DNA from: Kiritimatiella glycovorans
GTDB taxonomy: Bacteria; Verrucomicrobiota; Kiritimatiellia; Kiritimatiellales; Kiritimatiellaceae
Assembly: GCF_001017655.1 (NCBI RefSeq)
Contig: NZ_CP010904.1
Span: 210,001 to 242,000 of the forward strand
Length of the DNA stretch: 32,000 bases
Direction: 5' to 3'
A program made the position numbers and the translations under genes. The notes beneath the pieces are model-generated. The model ran no database searches, was not told the origin of the DNA, and was given only the letters and a program-made list of their open reading frames with translations. The first letter of the stretch is position 1. Each line of letters starts with the position of its first letter. Shown in pieces: positions 25,658-32,000 of this stretch.

Positions 25658-25778
25658 CAGGCAGAATTGCTGCACGAAATGACGATATTTATGCACGTGA
25701 GCGCCTTGCCCGAACGGTGCGGGGCTCGTAGGATGAAAACTTGTTTCTCCACGATAAAAGCGGGCTTCCGCGAGGGGG

Positions 25779-27098
25779 ATGGACGGCATGAAGCAGCGAA
25801 CGGACAGGCGAAGTTTTCTTCGGGCCGGTGCGGCGGGCACGATCGCGCCGTTTCTGTGGACGGGAAGGGTGAAGGGTGCGGTTCCGGCGAATGACCGCAT
25901 CACCGCGGCGGCGATCGGAACCGGGCGCATGGGCCGGGGCAATCTCGGATCGCTGCTCGGCTATGACGAGGTGGAGGTCGTCGCCGTCTGCGACGTTGAC
26001 GCCGACCGCTGCCGCGACGCGCGGCTCCAGGTCGAGAAGAGATATGCCTCCCGAAAGGCGTCGGGCGAATACCGCGGCTGCCGCGAATATCGCGATTTTC
26101 GCGACGTCCTTGCCCGCCCCGACATCGACGCTGTACTGATCGTGACCCCCGACCACTGGCACGGGCTGAACGCCATCGAGGCCGCGCGGGCGGGCAAGGA
26201 TATCTACCTGCAGAAGCCGCTCACCTATACGGTGCACGAGGGCCGGGTTTTGAGCGATACCGTGCGTCGCTACGGTCGCGTCCTGCAGGTCGGCAGTCAG
26301 CAGCGCTCGGACCCGCGCTTCCGGTTCGCCTGTGAACTGGTCCGCAACGGCCGGATCGGGAAGATCCGGCGCGTGGAGGTCGGGTGTCCCCTGGACCCCC
26401 ACACGGCGCCGGTCGCGCCGACGCCCGCTCCGCCCGAGCTGGACTACGACCTGTGGCTGGGGCCCGCCCCGTACAAACCCTACAACGAGCTTCGGGTCCA
26501 TCCCGCCGAAGGATATTCACGGCCGGGGTGGCTGCGCGTGCGTGACTACACGGTGGGAAACATGACCGGCTGGGGGTCTCATCACATCGATATTACCCAG
26601 TGGGCGCTGGGGATGGAACACTCGGGGCCGCGCACGATCTCCGCATGGGCGGCTTACGAGGACGGGCCCTGGGACGTCCACCAGGAGTACAACGTGAAAC
26701 TGGTCTACCCGAACGGCGTCCCGGTCTTTTTCGGCGACCACCGCCGCTACCGGCAGGGCGTCACGTTTTACGGGGAAACCGGCCGCGTGTTCGTGAGCCG
26801 AGGCGCGCTCGAGGCCGAACCGGCCTCGCTGCTGCAGGAGACCCTCGGGGCCGGTGAAATACACCTGTACCGGAGCGCGAACCACATGGGCAATTTCGTC
26901 GACTGCATCCGCAGCCGCCGGGCCCCGGTCGCACCCGTCGAAGTGGGGCACCGTTCGAACACCACCTGCGTGATCTCGGATATCGCCGCCCGGCTGGGCC
27001 GCCCGCTGCAGTGGGATGCGGAGGCCGAGCAGTTCGTAAACGACGAGACGGCCAACCGGATGCTCTGGCGTCCGATGCGCAACCCCTGGCACGTGTAA
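25779..27098 (+). CDS. Gfo/Idh/MocA-family oxidoreductase with twin-arginine (Tat) signal
   Basis: 439 aa. TDRRSFLRAGAAGTIAPF is a Tat motif. IGTGRMGRGNL is the Rossmann GxGxxG, and EKPL-like YLQKPLT follows. The alternative ATG at 25788 has better spacing to GAGGGGG (25772-25778). Confidence 0.85.
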   Translation: MDGMKQRTDRRSFLRAGAAGTIAPFLWTGRVKGAVPANDRITAAAIGTGRMGRGNLGSLLGYDEVEVVAVCDVDADRCRDARLQVEKRYASRKASGEYRGCREYRDFRDVLARPDIDAVLIVTPDHWHGLNAIEAARAGKDIYLQKPLTYTVHEGRVLSDTVRRYGRVLQVGSQQRSDPRFRFACELVRNGRIGKIRRVEVGCPLDPHTAPVAPTPAPPELDYDLWLGPAPYKPYNELRVHPAEGYSRPGWLRVRDYTVGNMTGWGSHHIDITQWALGMEHSGPRTISAWAAYEDGPWDVHQEYNVKLVYPNGVPVFFGDHRRYRQGVTFYGETGRVFVSRGALEAEPASLLQETLGAGEIHLYRSANHMGNFVDCIRSRRAPVAPVEVGHRSNTTCVISDIAARLGRPLQWDAEAEQFVNDETANRMLWRPMRNPWHV

Positions 27099-27114
27099 CG
27101 CCCGCGTTCAACCT

Positions 27115-30100
27115 ATGGAGTCCGGCATGAGCAAGAAGATCTTTTTTATATGGATGGCAATCCTGGCGGCCGCGATCCCGGCGCAGTCCGACCCCCTTCC
27201 GGTCACCGCCCGCATGGAATCAGAGGCGGTCGTGGTGGACGTCGACGGCGAGCGCTTCACGGAGTATCGCTTCGTCAATCGCTTCAATAAGAAACCCTAC
27301 CTGTGGCCCCTGGCGGGACCGCTCTCGGGGAAATCGGTCACCACCGAGTCCTCCGAACCCTACCCGCACCACAATTCGGCCTGGTTCGGCTGCGACCACA
27401 TCAACGGCTACGATTTCTGGCACCACCAGAATCAGCCGGAGAGCCGGCAGATCTCCCGCGGTCCCGAGATCAGGAAGTCCGCGGGCGACCGGGTGGTCAT
27501 CGAGGACATCTGCGACTGGCAGCCCCACGAAGGCGATCCCGTGATGCGCGACTACCGGCGGATCACCGTATCCGCACCCGACGCGGAAACCCGTTTTCTG
27601 GATTTCGCCGTGGTCTGGGTCGCCCTCGAGGACGTACGGATCCGAAAGACCAACCACTCGCTGTTCGCGCTCCGCATCCATCCGGAACTCTCCGTGCAGC
27701 AGGGCGGCACCCTCGTTAACGCCGCGGGCGACGCGGGACAGGCGCAAACCCTGAAGAAGAACTCGCCCTGGATGGACTACCACGGCGCCCGCGAAGGCGG
27801 AATCGAGGGTGCGGCGATCCTGACGCACCCCGAAAACCGCTGGCACCCCTCGCCGTGGCTCACCCGCGACTACGGTTTCTTCTCGCCCACGCCGATGCTC
27901 TGGCTGGAGGGCGGGGAGATGACGCTGGAGAAGGGCGAGGCGGTGAAACTCGCCTACCGCGTCGTGGTGCACGCCGGCGACGAGAAGGAGGCGGAGATCG
28001 ACCGCCTCTGGGGTGAGTTCGCCCGGTCGCGTCCCCTGTTTTCCTCCGCCTGGATGAAGACCGCGCTCGAGGACCTCGCGGCAGAGGTCGTGGCGTACGA
28101 GATGGGCGACAGCCGCGACCCGCTGCTGGAGGTGCGCGGGATGGTCGACCGCGGCTCGGCCGATCCGGACCGCCGCGCGCTGCTCGAGTCGTACCTGCTC
28201 GATTGGCTCGGGCGTCCTGAAACCACCGTCGCGGCGACCCAGTTTATCGGTCGCCAGCTCGGCCGTATCGGCGGCGCGGAGTCCGTTCCCGCGCTCCACC
28301 GCATACTCTCAGACGACGATGCCGTGCGCGCCCGCGCGGCGGGGCGCGCCCTGACCCTCCATCCCTCGCCGGAGGCGGGCCGGGCCATGATCGATGCACT
28401 CGAACGCGTCGCCCCCCCCGTGCGCCGGATGCTGATCGCGGCGCTCGCCGACCGCGCCGAACCGCGCGCCGTGTCGGCCCTCGAGGGGTATATCTCCGGG
28501 AGCGATCCGGAAACGGCGGCCGCCGCGGCGTCCGCGCTCGCCCGGATCGATCCCCGCGCCGCGGTGCGCGTCCTGGGCCCGCACTGGAAACGGCACGGCG
28601 ATGACCACCCCGCCTTCAGAGAAGCCCTGCTTCAGGCGCTGAACGAGGTTTCCGCCGCGCACGGTGAAGAAAGAAAGTACGCCGACGCGGCCGCCGCCCT
28701 GTTTGCGGGGAGCGATCGGCCGCACGCGCGGATCGCGGCGCTGAACGCCCTGTTGCGTCTCGACCCCGGTCGCGGTGAATCTCTGCTCGTGGATGCGCTG
28801 ACCGGAGAGGATCCGGACCTGCGTCGGCAGGCGGTAAGGCTGCTGCGCTCGCCCGCGAACGACACCATGATCGCAAGCGCGGTGAAGGCCCTTCCCGATC
28901 TGCGTCCCGGCGAGCAGGCTGCCGCCCTGACCGTACTCGCGGACCGGCATGCCGAAGCGGCGCTGCCCGCCGCCCGTGCGCTGCTCGCTTCCGACGATCC
29001 CGCCGTGCGGGAAGCCGCCGCGCGCGTCGCCGGTCGTGCCGGCGGAACGGACGACATCGACCCGCTGCTGGCGATGCTACCCTCCGACGCGGCGGAGACC
29101 GCGCTGGCGCGGATCCCCGGCGCGGCCGTCACCTCGCGGCTGCTTGACGTCGCGCGCTCTTCCGAACCCGCGGGACGGGCGAGGCTGATCGACGTGCTCG
29201 CCGGACGCGCCGATCCGTCCGCGCTCCCGGCGATGATCGGCTGGCTCGCCTCGGAAGACCGGGATGTGCGCAGAGCGGCGGCGGATGCGGTGGCCGCCCT
29301 GGGCGATAAGGACACGCTGCAGGAGGTGCTCCGGATCCTGATGAGGGGACAGGGCGGGGATGTGGCGGCCGACGCCGCGGCGCGGCTGGCGAAGAGGCTG
29401 ATGCCCGAAGGACGCGCATCCGACCCGCTGCTGGCGGCCTGGCGCCGCGCCGACCCGTCCGCGCGGCCCGCGCTGATCCGCGTGCTGGGCATGCTTCGCG
29501 AGGACGCGTCGTTGTCCGCGCTGGAAGGCGCGCTCGACTCCGATCACGAAGCCGTGCGCGATGCGGCGGTGCGGGTGCTGGCAAACTGGCGTTCGCGTGC
29601 CGCACTGCCCGTACTGTTAAAGGCCGCCCGGCAGGCCGACGGTTTGAAACACAACGTGCTGGCGTTGCGCGGGTACGCGCAGATCCTGACCGGCCTGCGC
29701 GGCGAACTTCCGCCCGCCGAGATCGAAGAACTCTACGCGCAGGGGTATGAGGCTGCGCGGCGGGACGAGGAACGCGCACTGCTGAGCTACGAAAACGTAG
29801 CGCCTGAGATTTCCGATCTGGAGACCAAGTCTCCCGCGGAATACAAAGTCTCGCGCGGGGGACTCTGGCAGGGCGTCCCGCTGGCGGTCGACCGGGAGTA
29901 CATCTTCAAATCCGTCCCGCCGGAACTGGCCGGGGCGACCTATATTCTCACGGCGATGGGCGACAAAAGACGCACCGGCGAGGCATTCCTGAAGTTCAGA
30001 GTGAAACGGCCGGTGACCGTTTACGTGGGATTCGACCGGAGATGTACCGATCTTCCCGACTGGCTGGAGGGCTGGTCCCGGCCGGAGATGTCGGAGCCGC

Positions 30101-30243
30101 TCGATGCCGGGGGACTTCCCATCGCCCTGTACGCGAAGCGGTTCGACCCCGGTGCCGTGGTGCTGGGCGGACCCGCCGCCCCGGGTGTCGAAGCGATGTA
30201 TACGGTGGTCCTGAAGTACGCGGACGAAAACGGGGCCGAATAA
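27115..30243 (+). CDS. Secreted multidomain protein: N-terminal PmoA-like domain (PF14100/DUF6807-like), central HEAT-repeat array, uncharacterised C-terminal domain
   Basis: 1042 aa. Signal peptide MSKKIFFIWMAILAAAIPAQS (from the alternative ATG at 27127). KKPYLWPLAGP...PYPHHNSAWFGCDHINGYDFWHH matches the P..HP..P...DHPHH.G.W...VNG.DFW pattern of the PmoA-like family. At least 8 HEAT-like units of type D(P/R)xVRxxAAxAL(G). The distinct last ~200 aa are beta-rich by composition. Confidence 0.65.
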   Translation: MESGMSKKIFFIWMAILAAAIPAQSDPLPVTARMESEAVVVDVDGERFTEYRFVNRFNKKPYLWPLAGPLSGKSVTTESSEPYPHHNSAWFGCDHINGYDFWHHQNQPESRQISRGPEIRKSAGDRVVIEDICDWQPHEGDPVMRDYRRITVSAPDAETRFLDFAVVWVALEDVRIRKTNHSLFALRIHPELSVQQGGTLVNAAGDAGQAQTLKKNSPWMDYHGAREGGIEGAAILTHPENRWHPSPWLTRDYGFFSPTPMLWLEGGEMTLEKGEAVKLAYRVVVHAGDEKEAEIDRLWGEFARSRPLFSSAWMKTALEDLAAEVVAYEMGDSRDPLLEVRGMVDRGSADPDRRALLESYLLDWLGRPETTVAATQFIGRQLGRIGGAESVPALHRILSDDDAVRARAAGRALTLHPSPEAGRAMIDALERVAPPVRRMLIAALADRAEPRAVSALEGYISGSDPETAAAAASALARIDPRAAVRVLGPHWKRHGDDHPAFREALLQALNEVSAAHGEERKYADAAAALFAGSDRPHARIAALNALLRLDPGRGESLLVDALTGEDPDLRRQAVRLLRSPANDTMIASAVKALPDLRPGEQAAALTVLADRHAEAALPAARALLASDDPAVREAAARVAGRAGGTDDIDPLLAMLPSDAAETALARIPGAAVTSRLLDVARSSEPAGRARLIDVLAGRADPSALPAMIGWLASEDRDVRRAAADAVAALGDKDTLQEVLRILMRGQGGDVAADAAARLAKRLMPEGRASDPLLAAWRRADPSARPALIRVLGMLREDASLSALEGALDSDHEAVRDAAVRVLANWRSRAALPVLLKAARQADGLKHNVLALRGYAQILTGLRGELPPAEIEELYAQGYEAARRDEERALLSYENVAPEISDLETKSPAEYKVSRGGLWQGVPLAVDREYIFKSVPPELAGATYILTAMGDKRRTGEAFLKFRVKRPVTVYVGFDRRCTDLPDWLEGWSRPEMSEPLDAGGLPIALYAKRFDPGAVVLGGPAAPGVEAMYTVVLKYADENGAE

Positions 30244-30282
30244 AACCAATTGAGTAAACCGCCATCGAAAGGAGCAGTTAAC

Positions 30283-31467
30283 GTGGATAAGAAAACCGTG
30301 CGGAGCGGAATTGCGGGACTGGGTTTTTCGGGCTCATTTCACTACGAGAATATCCGGCGCGTGTACGGAACCGGGGTGGATTTTCGCGGCGTGTACGACC
30401 GTGACGCGGAAAAATGCGCGGCATGGGCCGGGGAACGCGGCGTGCACGCCTATGATTCACTCGAAGCGATGCTCGACGACGTCGATGTCGTCCACGTCTG
30501 TACCGTGGCCAGCTCGCACGAGGCGGTCGCCCTGGCCGCCCTCGCACGCGGGGTGAGTCCTATCGTGGAAAAACCGCTGACCGGCTATTTCGGCGACGGG
30601 AGCGGAAACTTCAACGGCGAGACCGCATCGAAAGAGACCGCCCTCAGGGAGGCCATGGCCAGCGTACAGCGGATGCGCGAGGCGGAGCAGGCGAGCGAGG
30701 GCCGCATCCTTTACGCCGAGAACTGGGTCTACGCCCCCTCGATCCAGAAAGAGCGCGAGGTCATCGAAAAGACCGGCGCGCAGTGCCTGTGGATTTACGG
30801 CGAAGAGGCCCATTCCGGATCGCACGCCGACACCTACGGGTTCTGGAAGCACTCCGGAGGCGGGGTCACCATCAGCAAGGGGTGTCATCCGCTCACCGCC
30901 GCCCTCTACCTCAAGCGCAAGGAGGGCCTGGCCCGGGACGGCCGGCCCATCCGGCCTGCGGCGGTGACCTCGCGCACCCATGCCATCACCCGCCTGCCGG
31001 GATACCGCGACGAGGGGCACCTGCGGACCGGGTATCATGATATCGACGATTTCTCCATGGTGCACATCGTGTTCGACGACGGCACGGTCGCGGACATCTT
31101 CTCGTCCGATATCATCATGGGCGGGATTCACAACTGGCTGGAGGTCGCGGCCAACAACCACCGCACCATGTGCAACATCAATCCGAATACGGCCATGGAG
31201 ACGTACAATCCGGTCGAATCCAACTTCAACGATATCTACGTCGTCGAAAAGACCGGCACCAAGCAGGGGTGGAGCAATCCCTCGCCGGATGAGGACTGGT
31301 TCACCGGTTATCCGCAGGAGATCGAGGCCTTTTACCGCGCCGCGGCCGCCGGGGAGGCGCCCGAGTCCGGCATCGAGCTGGGGGCGGACGCGATCGCCAC
31401 CATCTACACGGCCTACGTGTCGGATGAGCGCGGCGGCGCCGAAGTGGCCGTGGAGCGGTCGTCATGA
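30283..31467 (+). CDS. Gfo/Idh/MocA-family oxidoreductase (cytoplasmic type)
   Basis: Start set at GTG 30283, with GGAG 8 nt upstream; the track TTG at 30250 is the alternative. IAGLGFSGSFH is the Rossmann motif; VEKPLTG is the EKP motif. The stop TGA overlaps the next ATG (ATGA). Confidence 0.8.
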   Translation: MDKKTVRSGIAGLGFSGSFHYENIRRVYGTGVDFRGVYDRDAEKCAAWAGERGVHAYDSLEAMLDDVDVVHVCTVASSHEAVALAALARGVSPIVEKPLTGYFGDGSGNFNGETASKETALREAMASVQRMREAEQASEGRILYAENWVYAPSIQKEREVIEKTGAQCLWIYGEEAHSGSHADTYGFWKHSGGGVTISKGCHPLTAALYLKRKEGLARDGRPIRPAAVTSRTHAITRLPGYRDEGHLRTGYHDIDDFSMVHIVFDDGTVADIFSSDIIMGGIHNWLEVAANNHRTMCNINPNTAMETYNPVESNFNDIYVVEKTGTKQGWSNPSPDEDWFTGYPQEIEAFYRAAAAGEAPESGIELGADAIATIYTAYVSDERGGAEVAVERSS

Positions 31468-32000
31468 AGCCCGGAAGAATCGGTCGGACGGTCTTGATCC
31501 TCGCGCTGAGCGCCTCCTGCGCCGCCGCGGACGGGTGGAAGGGCGGTACAGAAGTCCCGGTGGTGACGGGGCCGGGGTGGGATGCGCTGTTCAACGGCGA
31601 GGATCTCACCGGCTGGGAGCGGGTCAACGGAACGGCCTCGTACCGCGTCGAGGACGGGGCCATCGTGGGGGTCTGCGATCCGGAGGCGTCCGCCAACACC
31701 TTTCTGCGCACTCGGGATGCGTACCGCGACTTCATCTTCACCTGCGAGGTGCGCATGGAGGTGCCGGGCAACTCGGGTATCCAGTTCCGCTCGCAGCAGC
31801 GCGACGGCGACGGGCGGGTGTACGGGTATCAGTACGAACTCGACCCCTCGCCGCGCCGGTGGTCGGCCGGCATCTACGGCGAGGCCTGGCGCGGCTGGAT
31901 GGTGAATCTCAAGGAGCGGCCGGAGGCGCAGGCGGCCTTTCGTCCGGACCACTGGAACCGGGTGGTGATCCACGCACGCGGAGATCACCTGCGCACCTGG
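31464..32000 (+). CDS. DUF1080 / 3-keto-disaccharide hydrolase family protein (3' end lies outside the window)
   Basis: Not in the ORF track because no stop falls within the window. Hand translation from ATG 31464 gives MKPGRIGRTVLILALSASCAAADG... (signal peptide), then LFNGEDLTGWERVNGTASYRVEDGAIVG...YRDFIFTCEVRMEVPGNSGIQFRS...GYQYELD, the DUF1080 pattern. The frame is open to position 32000. Confidence 0.8.
   Translation, partial: MKPGRIGRTVLILALSASCAAADGWKGGTEVPVVTGPGWDALFNGEDLTGWERVNGTASYRVEDGAIVGVCDPEASANTFLRTRDAYRDFIFTCEVRMEVPGNSGIQFRSQQRDGDGRVYGYQYELDPSPRRWSAGIYGEAWRGWMVNLKERPEAQAAFRPDHWNRVVIHARGDHLRTW

Noticed and set aside
25667-25695. Possible sigma-70-like promoter TTGCTG-N17-TATGCA upstream of the first Gfo/Idh/MocA gene
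   Set aside because: Only 3/6 matches in each hexamer, and promoter consensus in this lineage is unknown. Too weak to report as a feature.
1-32000. Search for CRISPR arrays, tRNA/rRNA genes, IS elements, integrases and prophage genes
   Set aside because: No regularly spaced direct repeats were seen, and no tRNA-like T-arm (GGTTCGAATCC-type) in any intergenic region. No transposase, integrase or phage-like ORF signature was seen. The only repeats are the short hipB-upstream repeats and the two hairpin elements.

Overview
GC-rich bacterial chromosomal window. The gene content suggests the PVC superphylum (Verrucomicrobiota, Kiritimatiellota, Lentisphaerota or Planctomycetota): a PEP-CTERM protein with autotransporter-associated beta-strand repeats, a DUF1080 protein, Tat-signal Gfo/Idh/MocA oxidoreductases and a PmoA-like domain. 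This placement is inference only. No rRNA, tRNA, CRISPR array, transposase or integrase was seen.

Layout:
(a) 1-4358, + strand: four translationally coupled glycosyltransferase genes (GT2 fragment, GT4, ArnT/PMT-like GT-C, GtrB/ArnC-like GT2).
(b) 4527-18368, - strand: a 13.8 kb co-directional string of 12 genes. In transcription order: TrpB paralog, Ser/Thr kinase, AzoR-like flavoprotein, trpF, trpB, yicC, gmk, degenerate HD-GYP protein, Wza-like exporter, Wzc-like co-polymerase/tyrosine kinase, O-antigen-ligase/Wzy-like protein, GT4.
(c) 18369-20637: a lower-GC patch carrying a hipB/hipA toxin-antitoxin pair with operator-like repeats. Two unrelated structured inverted-repeat elements bracket it.
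(d) 20638-22463, - strand: rsmA and a SurA/parvulin chaperone.
(e) 22728-25601, + strand: a 957 aa PEP-CTERM repeat protein with a clean intrinsic terminator.
(f) 25779-32000, + strand: a PVC-style oxidoreductase cluster (Gfo/Idh/MocA, PmoA-like+HEAT fusion, Gfo/Idh/MocA, DUF1080).

The best candidate for something undescribed is the second, divergent TrpB-type PLP enzyme. Its stop codon overlaps (ATGA) the start of a soluble non-RD Hanks-type kinase, directly upstream of azoR-trpF-trpB, with no trpA in the window. The many long antisense ORFs in the track are treated as high-GC shadow ORFs.
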